Shown here: in pieces, positions 1 to 11,249 of the stretch
Numbering within the stretch: the stretch's first letter is position 1
Layout: every line of letters begins with the position of its first letter
DNA from: an uncultured Candidatus Entotheonella sp.
GTDB lineage: Bacteria > Tectomicrobia > Entotheonellia > Entotheonellales > Entotheonellaceae
DNA length: 64,000 bases
Assembly (NCBI GenBank): GCA_965215335.1
Contig: CBDCDA010000002.1
Coordinates: forward strand, 192,001-256,000
Direction of reading: 5' to 3'
Program-made: the position numbers and the translations under genes
The notes under the pieces: generated by a model
Databases searched by the model: none
Seen by the model: the letters and a program-made list of their open reading frames with translations, nothing else
Told to the model about the DNA's origin: nothing

Positions 1-91
1 GCGATGACGCCAGAGAGTTGATAGAAGCTGTCAGGACCGCCTGACAGTTCACCAAACATCTGACGGCTTGAGACCATGAGGAGGTTCTTTG

Positions 92-805
92 ATGGCGTCA
101 CAGAAAGATTATCTAGGCGACAAATTGCAGATGGTCGAACGCGCCCGTGAGGACGTCTATTTTCGTCAGCTGGATCGTCAGCTCATCGCCAAGATACGGG
201 AACGAACAGCACAAGAGGAGGCGTCTGAAGCGGCGCAGCCACTCAAACCCCCCTTTACCCCCATTCTCGTTCCGGTGGATTTTTCGGCCTATTCGGTGCA
301 AGCACTCGAGAAGGCTGCCGACATGGCAACGCGTTTTGATTCGTCTCTCATCGTCTTGCACGTCATTTCCGCAGAATTAGGCGTGCAAGCGCTGGCCAAC
401 CATCTAGGAAAGCACCATGCGGATATCCCGATGCTTGGGACGGAAGAAATCCAAGACGTGTGTGAACAGGACATCGAAACGGTCACCGGGCCGCAGCGTG
501 AACAGGCTTATGAAGCGCTGCAGGCGTTTTTGCCCGACCGCCTGATGCACCACCCTGTTGAGTTACGCGTGGTGTTCGGCCGACCGTTCGAGCGAATTGT
601 GGAAACAGCGGTAGCAGAGGACGTTGGGCTGATCGTGATGGGGACCCACGGCCGAACGGGTCTCGAACGCGTCGCAGTCGGCAGCGTAGCAGAACGGGTC
701 ATTCGACTGGCGCCGTGCCCTGTCTTGACCCTGAAAGCTCCCACGTCGGAATCGGGAAACTGGCTGAAAGATTTTTACGCGACGTTTCTGCGATTCAAAA
801 CGTAG
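92..805 (+). CDS. Universal stress protein with an N-terminal helical extension
   Basis: USP motifs ILVPVDFS and LIVMGTHGRTG...GSVAERVIRLAPCPVL; GGAGG RBS before ATG 92. Confidence 0.85.
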   Translation: MASQKDYLGDKLQMVERAREDVYFRQLDRQLIAKIRERTAQEEASEAAQPLKPPFTPILVPVDFSAYSVQALEKAADMATRFDSSLIVLHVISAELGVQALANHLGKHHADIPMLGTEEIQDVCEQDIETVTGPQREQAYEALQAFLPDRLMHHPVELRVVFGRPFERIVETAVAEDVGLIVMGTHGRTGLERVAVGSVAERVIRLAPCPVLTLKAPTSESGNWLKDFYATFLRFKT

Positions 806-824
806 TCCCCAGATCATCTGATCG

Positions 825-937
825 CGCTGAAGCACCTGATCATCGGCTTCGAGAGCAACGACCTCGGGGAGATGCTGGATCTTATCGAGCAGTTCGCCAA
901 GGACGTTGTGGGCTGCTCCGCCCAGCGGTGCCGGTTA
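825..937 (+). pseudogene. Possible C-terminal remnant of an LLM-class oxidoreductase
   Basis: Reads LKHLIIGFESNDLGEMLDLIEQFAKDVVG, resembling LLM C-termini; no start or RBS; resemblance by eye only. Confidence 0.25.
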
Positions 938-2125
938 ACGATCGGTCTGCGCGTCCGCCGACAGGTATGGGCGGGTGATGGCGCGGCCGATCACGACGTT
1001 CTGGATTTCCGTGGTGCCGTCCAGATATTGCGCCATTTTGGCGACGGCCAAGTGGCGCGCCAGTGGGTATTCGGTGCGAAAGCCGTTGGCTCCCATGACC
1101 TGCATGCAGTCGGCGATGCGGCTGAGCGCCACCCGCGTGGCGAACTTCTTGGCGTGTGCGGCGGCCAGGGTATGACGGCCCGTCCCATCGTCTAACACCG
1201 TGGCGGCATGGGCGGTCAGCAGACGTGCGGCCTCCAGGTCGGTGGCGGCGTCGGCCAGCAGCGACTGGACGGCTTGGTGTTCCAGCACCGATTTTCCGAA
1301 CGTGCGTCGTCCGGCTCCGTATTCCATCGCCACTTCCAAGGACCTTCCCAGCATGCCGCAGCACATGGCGGCGACCGCGACACGCGCGAAATCGACCCCG
1401 GCCAGGGCCGCCTTGAATCCCCCGCCGGGTCCCACCAGAACGTTGTCCGCGCTGACGCGGCACCCTTCGAAACGGAATCCGCTCGTGCCGAGCGCGTGGC
1501 CACCCAACAGACGATAGACGGGTTCCCGGATCACCCCCGGCGCGTCGGCTTCCACGATGAAGCAAGCGATGCCGCGCCAGCCTGCCGACGCATCGGTCTG
1601 GGCATAGACGCTCAACAGGTCGGCAGTTGCGCCGTTGCTGACCCATGCCTTGGCGCCGTCAAGTCGCCAGTCGCGGCCATCCCGGTGGGCTGTCGTCGTC
1701 ATCGCCGCCGCGTCACTTCCGCCTTGGGGCTCGGTAAGCAGGAAGGCGCCAATTCGCTCGCCGGCGATTAGCCCCGGCAGCCAGCGCTCCAGTTGCGGGA
1801 TGCTGGCGTTGCGTGTGATGCCGAGGGCCAGATTGTTATGCACGGTTAGTGCGAACGCTGAGGCCATGCACGCGGCGGCCAAGGCTTCCACGATCAGGGC
1901 CATGGCCGGCATGCCAAGCCCGTGGCCGTGCAGGGGTTCCGGCACGGTCAGCCGGCACAACCCGCGCGCAGCGGCCTCCCGGAAGGCTTCCCTCGGCATG
2001 CCGCTCACTTCCTCCCAAGCACCGACATGCGGTTCGATCATGTCGCGCGCAAAGGCCCGCGCGGCGTTCACCACCTTCATTTCACGATCCGAAATCGGGG
2101 GCATGACAGCGGCAAGACCGTTCAT
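935..2125 (-). CDS. Acyl-CoA dehydrogenase family protein
   Basis: FLLTEPQGGSDAA, LDGAKAWVSNG, QVMGANG, YLDGTTEIQ motifs. Confidence 0.92.
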   Translation of the reverse strand: MNGLAAVMPPISDREMKVVNAARAFARDMIEPHVGAWEEVSGMPREAFREAAARGLCRLTVPEPLHGHGLGMPAMALIVEALAAACMASAFALTVHNNLALGITRNASIPQLERWLPGLIAGERIGAFLLTEPQGGSDAAAMTTTAHRDGRDWRLDGAKAWVSNGATADLLSVYAQTDASAGWRGIACFIVEADAPGVIREPVYRLLGGHALGTSGFRFEGCRVSADNVLVGPGGGFKAALAGVDFARVAVAAMCCGMLGRSLEVAMEYGAGRRTFGKSVLEHQAVQSLLADAATDLEAARLLTAHAATVLDDGTGRHTLAAAHAKKFATRVALSRIADCMQVMGANGFRTEYPLARHLAVAKMAQYLDGTTEIQNVVIGRAITRPYLSADAQTDR

Positions 2126-2233
2126 GGCAGTCCATCAGAAACAACGTCGGCAGGGTCGGGAGCACAGGCCGTGATGTCAGGGATCGCCGGGAGGAGCCTC
2201 GGCAACGTCGAATGCGGGCAGGATTGAAGGCAA

Positions 2234-2317
2234 TGCCGAAGGGGGGATTTGAACCCCCACGCCCGGTGAGGCACCACCCCCTCAAGATGGCGTGTCTACC
2301 ATTTCCACCACTTCGGC
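2234..2317 (-). tRNA. tRNA-Leu(GAG)
   Basis: Reverse complement GCCGAAGTGGTGGAAATGGTAGACACG-CCATC-TTGAGGG-GGTGG, long variable arm, GGTTCAAATCC T-loop, CTTCGGCA; typical position downstream of secG; CCA not encoded. Confidence 0.95.
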
Positions 2318-2365
2318 ATATTTGCACGCCCGGAAAGACAGGTTCCCGAGACGGAAAGGTAGCCT

Positions 2366-2395
2366 AGCGTAGCGCCTGCGTCCAGCCATTGTCAA
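2366..2395 (-). promoter_or_regulatory. Putative sigma70 promoter for tRNA-Leu
   Basis: TTGACA-N18-TACGCT on the minus strand about 50 nt upstream of the tRNA. Confidence 0.45.
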
Positions 2396-2430
2396 CGGCT
2401 TTCTCGGGTCTGACCGCATCCTGCGCACAG

Positions 2431-2817
2431 CTATCGTGTCGCCTCTCCTGGAGTCTCAGGTGTAACCTCTGGTGCGGGTGCATTCTCCACCGGCAGGGCA
2501 TCGTCGGGCGCAATCGGCGGCGCTGGCACCGCGGGTTGGTCGGTAGCGGCCGGAGCTTGATCGATAATCACCGAACTCTGTCCGCGGTGGGCAGAAAAAT
2601 AGGCCAGCCCCAGGGAGGTGACCATGAAGACGGCGGCGGCGACAGTCGTCAGGCGCGACAGGAACGTCGCCGGACCGCGGCTGCCGAAGATGGTTTGTGA
2701 AGAGCTGGCACCGCCGAACGCGGCGCCAATGGACTGGCCTTTGCCGACCTGCAGCAGAACGACGAGGATAAGAGCCAGGGCTACCAGGACGTGGACTACG
2801 ATGAGCAGAATGAACAT
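2431..2817 (-). CDS. secG: Preprotein translocase subunit SecG
   Basis: Two TM helices, VLLQVGKG..IGAAFGG..SQTIFGSRG..FLSRLT; tpiA-secG-tRNA-Leu synteny. Confidence 0.95.
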   Translation of the reverse strand: MFILLIVVHVLVALALILVVLLQVGKGQSIGAAFGGASSSQTIFGSRGPATFLSRLTTVAAAVFMVTSLGLAYFSAHRGQSSVIIDQAPAATDQPAVPAPPIAPDDALPVENAPAPEVTPETPGEATR

Positions 2818-2830
2818 ATCGTGACAATCC

Positions 2831-3601
2831 TTACGAACAGGTCAGAAGTTGGATGAATGAATCGACATCAAGGCTTGCACCGCCTACCAGGGCGCCATCG
2901 ATATCTTCCTCGGCCATCAGAGCGGCGATATTGCCGGGATTGACGCTGCCGCCGTACTGAATACGTACCGCCTCAGCCGCCTCGTTTCCCCAGCGTTGCG
3001 CCAGCAAGTCGCGCAGACAGCGGTGGGCCTCCTGCGCCTGCTTCGGCGTGGCGCTCATCCCCGTGCCAATAGCCCACAATGGCTCGTAGCCCAAGACGAC
3101 GCGGGGCACGGCGTCCGCCGAGCACGACGCCAGACTGTCCTGTAATTGCTGCTTGAGTACGTCGAAGGTCTGTCCTGCCCGCCGTTCGTCAAGCGTTTCC
3201 CCGATGCAGACAATCGGTTGCAGGCCAGCCTGCAAGGCGGCGGATACTTTTTTGTCAACCATGGCGTCCGTCTCGCCCAATCCTTGCCGACGCTCGGAAT
3301 GGCCGACGATGACGTGGGAACAGCCAACGTCAACCAGCATGGCGGCGGAAATCCCGCCCGTGTACGCCCCGGCGGGCTCCCAGAACAGATCCTGGGCAGC
3401 CAGGCGAAACGGCGTTGCGCGCAGGCAGTCTCGCAGGGTGGAGAGTGCCGTGAATGGCGCGGCTACGACGGCCTCGATGACGCCAGGATCGGGACACCGC
3501 TTCAGAAGATTGTCGGCGAACTGACCGGCCTCCTCAAGAGTTTTGTTCATCTTCCAATTTGCGGCAATGATGGATTGACGCCCGCTTGGATTGTTCGGCA
3601 T
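2831..3601 (-). CDS. tpiA: Triosephosphate isomerase
   Basis: AANWKMN, IVGHSERR, YEPLWAIGTG, QYGGSVN, GALVGGASL. Confidence 0.98.
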   Translation of the reverse strand: MPNNPSGRQSIIAANWKMNKTLEEAGQFADNLLKRCPDPGVIEAVVAAPFTALSTLRDCLRATPFRLAAQDLFWEPAGAYTGGISAAMLVDVGCSHVIVGHSERRQGLGETDAMVDKKVSAALQAGLQPIVCIGETLDERRAGQTFDVLKQQLQDSLASCSADAVPRVVLGYEPLWAIGTGMSATPKQAQEAHRCLRDLLAQRWGNEAAEAVRIQYGGSVNPGNIAALMAEEDIDGALVGGASLDVDSFIQLLTCS

Positions 3602-3620
3602 CGTCGGGGTTTCCCGTGTG

Positions 3621-5021
3621 TCAGGCGCCTTTGGTGCCGTGACTGGCGACGTAGTCCACCAGAATGTATTCTCCCAAGCTGGTGGGAGAGGCGAAGAAGG
3701 CCCGCCCGCAGTTGACCTTGGTCAGTTCGCTTACAAAGTGTTTGGTGTGGCCATTCTCCCCGATCATGAAGGTGTTGATGGTGAGCCCGCGGCGCGTGCA
3801 GCGTTTCGCCTCCTTCAGCGTTTCCGTCAAGGTGTGCGGCGATGGCGGATATTCAAGACAGATGTTGCGGCCGCGGATGTGGGCGGTAGGTTCGCCGTCC
3901 GTTATCAGGATGATCTGCTGGTTTGTGGCGCGCTGTCGGTCGAAGAGCCGCCTGGCCACTTGCAGCCCAGCCTGGATGTTGGTGAAGGCCGCCGGGAAGC
4001 CGGCCCGCCCGTGCGCGGCTTCGGCAGCGTCGACCTGTACGTTCACGAACCCCATTGGATTACGATACATGCCACGGTAAAAGTGGGGAAAGAAACCCAG
4101 CGGTTTGGGGGACAGGGCGGGGAGGTCGGCCAGTTGCAATTCCTGGGCGTACGTGCAGAACCCGACGATGTGTAACCGATCACGCGGAAACTGGGTGTGG
4201 ATCAGGGCGTCGAGGGCCAGGGCAACCCGCTTGGCCGCGGTGAAACGGCCATGGCGAGCCATCGAGCCGCTCATGTCGAGCAGCAGCACCGTGGTACAGC
4301 GGACGACCGACTCAGTGTCGTGGACCTCAAAGTCCTGCGGCGCCAAGCGAATGGATGCCCGGCTATCGACGCGCTGCACGGCATTCATGATGGTCCGTTC
4401 CAGGTTGATCGCAAAGGCGTCGCCAAACCGGTAGGGCCGTCCGTCCTCCAACCGTTCGCCGCCTACCCCATGCCGTCGTATGGCGTGCCCGCCATACGAG
4501 TCGCACCGCAGAGAGGAAAAAACATCCAGCATGGCGCGCCGGGCGATGCGACGGATGCCTCGCGCCGTCAGTTCGAGCCGGGTTCCGTTACGCTCTATAT
4601 ATGGTTCCAGATCCTCGGCCAGTTCCTTGAGTCCACGCACTTGACGCCGTGCTCCATCTCCCATTATCCTACCGACCAGGTCATCGTCGATGGTGTCCGC
4701 ATCGCTGCCCCAGAAGACGTCGTCCAGCATCCTGTCGAGTCTTTCCATTTCCGCGAGCCGTCCATCCCGCGCAGCCTCCGCTGCATCGCATTCAGCCAGA
4801 GCCTGTTGCCGCATGGTGAACAATCGGTCGCGGGTAGCCCGCAGACCTGGAACGAAGCGTCCGTGTCGATCGGTGAAACCCTGCTGCATCAGCAACCGCA
4901 GGGCCTTCCGCAGATCGCCGTGCTCAATGATCGAGTTGGCGATGCCATCAAGCACGTCTTCGTGATCGGGGTGGAAACAACCGGGGGAGTCATTCCAGGC
5001 GGAGTAGCGATAGCGCCGCAT
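3621..5021 (-). CDS. VWA domain-containing protein
   Basis: MIDAS motif LLLDMSGSM, TNIQAGL, IILITDGEPTAH; N-terminal RYRYSAW. Confidence 0.85.
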   Translation of the reverse strand: MRRYRYSAWNDSPGCFHPDHEDVLDGIANSIIEHGDLRKALRLLMQQGFTDRHGRFVPGLRATRDRLFTMRQQALAECDAAEAARDGRLAEMERLDRMLDDVFWGSDADTIDDDLVGRIMGDGARRQVRGLKELAEDLEPYIERNGTRLELTARGIRRIARRAMLDVFSSLRCDSYGGHAIRRHGVGGERLEDGRPYRFGDAFAINLERTIMNAVQRVDSRASIRLAPQDFEVHDTESVVRCTTVLLLDMSGSMARHGRFTAAKRVALALDALIHTQFPRDRLHIVGFCTYAQELQLADLPALSPKPLGFFPHFYRGMYRNPMGFVNVQVDAAEAAHGRAGFPAAFTNIQAGLQVARRLFDRQRATNQQIILITDGEPTAHIRGRNICLEYPPSPHTLTETLKEAKRCTRRGLTINTFMIGENGHTKHFVSELTKVNCGRAFFASPTSLGEYILVDYVASHGTKGA

Positions 5022-5087
5022 TCTGCTGGGGAACCTTCAGGTCAGCCGTGCACCGGGGTTGAGGTTCTTCGTGTGAGATGGTTGTTT

Positions 5088-5116
5088 ATTCTGGCCGTTG
5101 CACCCGTCGAAGTCAA
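5088..5116 (-). promoter_or_regulatory. Putative sigma70 promoter for the VWA-tpiA-secG unit
   Basis: TTGACT-N17-CAGAAT on the minus strand. Confidence 0.35.
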
Positions 5117-5252
5117 CCTGTATCCCGATAATGGCGTCATCGACGCGAATACGCCAAAGTTTTCCAGGCGTTCGACTTGACAGGTTTTATATTATTCTGG
5201 GTTTGTTGGTTCCTGCTTCTTGTAACCATGCATGTTACATGGAGAACGCAAG

Positions 5253-5552
5253 ATGAAAAGTGCCCTTGAGTTGGCGATGCAAAAGGTGAATGCGCGCCAG
5301 GATCGGGCCCCTGTGGCGTCGTTGACGGAGGCCCAGCGTCGTGAGATTGGCGAGTTGCGCAAGCAGTACGAGGCCAAGATCGCCGAAAAAGAGATCATGA
5401 TGCAGGCCGAGATGCGCCGCTTGGCGCGTGAACGGCCACCACAGGAAGCCGCAGCAAAGGTTCGTGAGCTTCAGACCCAGTTCCAGGATGGCAAGAAGGC
5501 GCTCCAAGAGGAACTGGAGACCAAGGTCTCGGCACTCCGAGACGCGTCATAG
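5253..5552 (+). CDS. Small coiled-coil hypothetical protein
   Basis: GGAGA RBS; MKSALELAM start; helical charged sequence. Confidence 0.75.
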   Translation: MKSALELAMQKVNARQDRAPVASLTEAQRREIGELRKQYEAKIAEKEIMMQAEMRRLARERPPQEAAAKVRELQTQFQDGKKALQEELETKVSALRDAS

Positions 5553-5562
5553 GAGGAAAGAC

Positions 5563-7287
5563 GTGGCAGAGCAACAACCTTCAGGGCCAAGTCGGCGTTG
5601 GATTTGGTGGGTGTCTGCTTGTCTGGCGGTTCTGATTTGCTTGTCTCCTGTCGGCTCGCATGCGGCTCAGGGGCGACGGGCCGACACGCTGTTTCCGCTA
5701 CCCGAGTCGCTGAAGCCCAACGTGGATTTCTGGATACATGTTTTCGCCAGATTGGAGAGCGATACGGGTTTGCTGCATGATACCGAGGATCTGAGCATCA
5801 TCTATCAGACGTTGCACAACTTGCCGCGTGACAAGGCGCGCCGCAGGAGCCTGATCAAGCGGAAACGCAATTATTACAAGGGCATTCTGGAACGCTTGGC
5901 GCGCGGCAGGCGCCAAGCGCTGACCCGTGACGAGCGGCGTGTCCTGTCGATGTTCCGAGGTAAGCAGACCGCAGCGGCATTTCGCAAGGCGGCCCAGCGG
6001 GTGCGTTTTCAGGGCGGCATACGGGAGGCGTTCAGAGCGGGCTTGGTGCGTTCGGGAGCGTATCTGCCGGTGATCGAGCCGATTTTTGAACGGGCGGGTC
6101 TGCCGAAAGAGTTGACCCTGATACCTCACGTCGAGTCGTCCTTTCGCAAGGATGCGTATTCCAAATCCGGTGCCGCGGGCATCTGGCAGTTCATGCCAGC
6201 CACGGGTCGCCGGTTTTTGACGATCAACAGGACTGTCGATGAACGCCTCGACGTGTATCTGGCGACCATTGCGGCTACCAAACTGCTGAAGGATAATTAC
6301 CGCCTTCTGGGCACTTGGCCCCTGGCGGTCACGGCCTACAATCACGGCGCCTGGGGCATGAAGAGAGCGGTGGCCAAGGTAGGTACGAAGAACATTGGCA
6401 CCATTGTGCAGCATTATCGCGGGCGCTCGTTCGGTTTTGCGTCGCGCAATTTCTACGCCGAATTTCTTGCCGCAGTGCACGTGACGAAACACTACAAGAA
6501 GTACTTTGGCGCTATCCGGTTCGACAAACCCCTGATGGATCCCTTTCAGCAGCATTACCGGGTGCAGCGCGGCGACTCCTTGGCGCGTATCGCCCAGCGC
6601 TTTGGCACCACCGTTGGCGCGCTGGTCGCCATGAACGACATGGACCAGCCGCATCTTATCAAGACCGGTCAGGTCCTGCAGGTGCCCGCCGAGAAGACGG
6701 TGGTGTCAGGGTCGGTCGCTTACAGGCCGACGCAGCCGTCGAAACGACAGCGCTACCAGGTGCAGAAAGGCGACACGCTGGGCGCTATCGCGGCGCGTTT
6801 CAATACCACCGTGGCGACGCTGGCGATGGCGAACGGATTATCGAGGCCCTACATCATCAAGCCGGGGCAGGTTCTTGACGTGGCGCAATCAATGCCATTG
6901 CGGCGCTATCAAGTAAAACAGGGCGACACGCTGGGCGGTGTCGCGGCGCGTTTCAATACCACCGTGGCGACGCTGGCGATGGCGAACGGATTGTCGAGGC
7001 CCTACATCATCAAGCCGGGGCAGGTTCTTGACGTGGCGCAATCAATGCCATTGCGGCGCTACCAAGTAAAGCAGGGCGACACGCTTGGGCGGGTGGCAAA
7101 GCGTTTCCGCACCACCGTGGCGACACTGGCGGCGCTCAATGGCCTGCGGAAACCCTACCTGATCAAGACTGGTCAGACCCTCGTCATCCCGCAACTCCGC
7201 TCTCGGAACCTGGACGACAGCACCGTCATCGGTATGCGCCTGCCTGGTGAAGACATGCGGACAGGTCTTCGGGCGGCCGCTGCATGA
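5563..7287 (+). CDS. Lytic murein transglycosylase (MltD-like) with four LysM domains
   Basis: AGGAGG RBS plus GTG; SLT motifs HVESSF, AAGIWQFMP, AYNHG; four Y.V..GD.L..IA.RF.TTV..L...N repeats. Confidence 0.9.
   Translation: MAEQQPSGPSRRWIWWVSACLAVLICLSPVGSHAAQGRRADTLFPLPESLKPNVDFWIHVFARLESDTGLLHDTEDLSIIYQTLHNLPRDKARRRSLIKRKRNYYKGILERLARGRRQALTRDERRVLSMFRGKQTAAAFRKAAQRVRFQGGIREAFRAGLVRSGAYLPVIEPIFERAGLPKELTLIPHVESSFRKDAYSKSGAAGIWQFMPATGRRFLTINRTVDERLDVYLATIAATKLLKDNYRLLGTWPLAVTAYNHGAWGMKRAVAKVGTKNIGTIVQHYRGRSFGFASRNFYAEFLAAVHVTKHYKKYFGAIRFDKPLMDPFQQHYRVQRGDSLARIAQRFGTTVGALVAMNDMDQPHLIKTGQVLQVPAEKTVVSGSVAYRPTQPSKRQRYQVQKGDTLGAIAARFNTTVATLAMANGLSRPYIIKPGQVLDVAQSMPLRRYQVKQGDTLGGVAARFNTTVATLAMANGLSRPYIIKPGQVLDVAQSMPLRRYQVKQGDTLGRVAKRFRTTVATLAALNGLRKPYLIKTGQTLVIPQLRSRNLDDSTVIGMRLPGEDMRTGLRAAAA
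6751..7190 (+). repeat. 153-bp tandem LysM-coding repeat (about 3 copies, first two near-identical)
   Basis: GGCGACACGCT recurs at 6769, 6922 and 7075; copies 1 and 2 are almost identical in DNA. Confidence 0.9.
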
Positions 7288-8315
7288 CGGTGGCACTCGA
7301 TCCGCCGAGCCGGCAATGGGGCGTGAGTTATTTTGGGGTCCGCAATCCGCAGCATTTTCAACGCGACCTCAATGATATTGCCCGCTTGGGGTTCACTTAC
7401 ATCGTCTTTACATTCTCCGAAAATGACCATCGATTTTACCAAGGCAGCGTGGCTGAATCCGTGCGTCTGACCCAAGAGCGGGGTCTGCAAGCTTACGTCG
7501 ACCCGTGGGGCGTGGGCGGCATGTTCGGCGGTGAGGCGTTCACGGAGCGCGGCGCATGGGACCTGGAAGGCCAGCAGCACCGCAGCGATGGCCGGCCCTT
7601 GCCACTCCTGTGCCCCAATTCGGACGAAGCGAGAACATACCTTGGCCGGTGGCTCGACACAGTGGCGGACGTCTTGCAAGCCGACGCCATTTTCTGGGAT
7701 GAGCCACACTTTTACCTGCCGTTCGGCGAGGCGCACGCTCAAGGTCTGTGGGCCTGTTGCTGCACGCGTTGCAAGGAGCGCTTCGCGTCTGCTTATGGCA
7801 AGCCGTTTCCTTGCACGGAAACACCTGACGTGCGGCATGCCAAGCAAGCCGCCATTGTCGACCTTCTGGACGACATGACGACGGCGGCCAGCAAGAAGGG
7901 TTTGCGCAACATCGTCTGCCTGCTTACCGACCCCGACACCCTGGACGATCTGGAATCGAAATGGGAGCCGTACGCAGCCATGGCTCACATCGACGTGTTG
8001 GCGGCCGACCCGTATCCGCTTTGGCATGGTCGTGACGTTGCCACGACATGGGTATTTTGCGAGGCGCTTCAGCGCCTCGGCAAACGCTATGGCAAAGCGA
8101 CCCAGATGTGGGTGCAAGGCTTTCGCGTTCCGCGGGATGCGGCGTCCTTGCTGGGACAGGAGATGCGTCTGATGGCAGCATGTGGCATTCGCGATATTGC
8201 CGTCTGGAGCTATCTGGCAACCGCCTACATGTCGTCCCACGCCTGTGTCCAGCCCGAGCAGGTGTGGCAGGTATTCACGCAAATGATGGCCGAATTCGGT
8301 GCTGGAGAGGAATAA
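7284..8315 (+). CDS. Putative glycoside-hydrolase-like TIM-barrel protein
   Basis: ATGA overlap with upstream gene; LCPNS, DAIFWDEPH, CCCTRC, DPYP motifs resemble GH-A clan-like folds. Confidence 0.6.
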   Translation: MTVALDPPSRQWGVSYFGVRNPQHFQRDLNDIARLGFTYIVFTFSENDHRFYQGSVAESVRLTQERGLQAYVDPWGVGGMFGGEAFTERGAWDLEGQQHRSDGRPLPLLCPNSDEARTYLGRWLDTVADVLQADAIFWDEPHFYLPFGEAHAQGLWACCCTRCKERFASAYGKPFPCTETPDVRHAKQAAIVDLLDDMTTAASKKGLRNIVCLLTDPDTLDDLESKWEPYAAMAHIDVLAADPYPLWHGRDVATTWVFCEALQRLGKRYGKATQMWVQGFRVPRDAASLLGQEMRLMAACGIRDIAVWSYLATAYMSSHACVQPEQVWQVFTQMMAEFGAGEE

Positions 8316-8321
8316 AGGCGG

Positions 8322-9683
8322 ATGCGAGCGGAACCGCACCCAGCCTCGAACGGAACGCCCTGTCGCGCCTGGTTTCATTGCATTGCGGGCTGCACCGAAC
8401 AATACAGCCTGAAGGACATCATTTACCGATGCCCGCGTTGTGACAACCTCCTGGAAGTGCGCCACGACCTGGACCGCCTCCGGCAGCGAACCCCGGACGA
8501 CTGGAAAGGGCTTTTCGACAAGCGGTACCTGCGCACCCAATGGCCCTACGGCAGTGGCGTCTGGGGCAAGCGCGAGTGGGTCTGTCCGGACGTTGTGGAC
8601 GATAATGTCGTGTCCACCTTCGAGGGCGGCACCAACCTTTTCTGGGCCGAGCGGCTGGGAGAGAAGATCGGGGTGCCCGACCTGTGGATCAAGCAGTGCG
8701 GCAACAGCCACACCGGGTCGTTCAAGGACTTGGGCATGACGGTGCTGGTGTCGATGGTGCGGCAGATGATCGCGGAGAGCAAAGACATCCCGGCGGTGGC
8801 GTGCGCCTCGACTGGCGACACGTCCGCGTCGCTGGCTGCCTACTGCGCCGTCGCCGGTCTGCAGGCCATCGTTTTCCTCCCCAAGGGCAGGGTATCCAAC
8901 GCCCAGTTGATTCAGCCCATCGCCCACGGCGCTCTGACGCTGTCGCTGGATACGGACTTCGACGGCTGCATGGCGCTCGTGCAGGAAATCTGTTCCCGCC
9001 ACAACATCTATCTCGCCAATTCGATGAATTCCCTGCGCATCGAGGGGCAGAAGACCGTCAGCATCGAACTTGTGCAGCAGTTCGACTGGGAGGTGCCGGA
9101 TTGGGTGATCATCCCGGGCGGCAATCTAGGCAACGTGAGCGCCTTGGGAAAAGGCTTCATGATGATGCGCGAGTTGGGGTTGATCTCCAAGCTGCCGCGC
9201 ATTGCCTGCGCCCAGGCGCAGCGGGCCAACCCTCTGTATGTGAGCTATCTGAAGGGATTTGAAGACTTTCAGCCGGTGCAGGCACGACCGACGCTGGCGA
9301 GCGCCATCCAGATCGGGCACCCGGTGAGCGTGCAGAAGGCCATCGCCACGTTGAAGACATTCAACGGCGTGGTGGAACAGGCGACTGAGGACGAGTTGGC
9401 CAATGCGTCGGCGTGGTCGGACCGCACGGGACTGTTCAATTGCCCTCACACCGGCGTAGCGTTGGCCGCCCTGTTCAAGCTTGCGCGGAGAGGCGCTGTC
9501 AACAAGGACGACCGCGTCGTAGTCATTTCCACCGCCAACGGCCTGAAATTTCCCGAATTCAAGATTCGCTACCACGAATCCCGCCTTGCCGACGTGAACC
9601 CCCGTCACACCAACCTGCCTGTGGACCTCCCGGCTACGTATGACGCGGTACGGGAAGCGATTATGCGGGCGTTCGACCGTTAA
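8322..9683 (+). CDS. thrC: Threonine synthase
   Basis: [14 protein letters not shown]-lysine, [30 protein letters not shown]. Confidence 0.95.
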   Translation: MRAEPHPASNGTPCRAWFHCIAGCTEQYSLKDIIYRCPRCDNLLEVRHDLDRLRQRTPDDWKGLFDKRYLRTQWPYGSGVWGKREWVCPDVVDDNVVSTFEGGTNLFWAERLGEKIGVPDLWIKQCGNSHTGSFKDLGMTVLVSMVRQMIAESKDIPAVACASTGDTSASLAAYCAVAGLQAIVFLPKGRVSNAQLIQPIAHGALTLSLDTDFDGCMALVQEICSRHNIYLANSMNSLRIEGQKTVSIELVQQFDWEVPDWVIIPGGNLGNVSALGKGFMMMRELGLISKLPRIACAQAQRANPLYVSYLKGFEDFQPVQARPTLASAIQIGHPVSVQKAIATLKTFNGVVEQATEDELANASAWSDRTGLFNCPHTGVALAALFKLARRGAVNKDDRVVVISTANGLKFPEFKIRYHESRLADVNPRHTNLPVDLPATYDAVREAIMRAFDR

Positions 9684-9698
9684 AACCGCGCAGTCCTG

Positions 9699-11018
<1,320 letters not shown>

Positions 11019-11249
11019 AATAGGGTGTCTCCTTTTGTCTGCCGTCTTGGAAGCCGGATCGTAAAATTTGGGGAAACGTGTGTTGCAATACACCTGAGAT
11101 GCAGGAGCGTTGGTCAAACGCTGAGGTAGGCGGAGGCGCCAATGATAGGTGAATTGCCACGCGTTTGCAAACCATGCCTGGCGCCCGTCCTGTCGTGCAG
11201 CCGGTACGCGGCGAACCATCAGCTTGCGGAGAATCATCGAGGGGGGACC

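Noticed and set aside
2126..2234. Integrative element at tRNA-Leu
   Set aside because: No integrase and no duplicated tRNA 3' end seen in the window.
6751..7190. Repeats as a CRISPR array
   Set aside because: They are in-frame LysM coding repeats with no unique spacers, and there are no cas genes in the window.
7173..9002. Long antisense ORFs (also 16075-17628, 26806-28227, 52937-54220, 56589-58301)
   Set aside because: These are stop-poor shadow frames opposite well-supported genes in GC-rich DNA, with no recognisable motifs.
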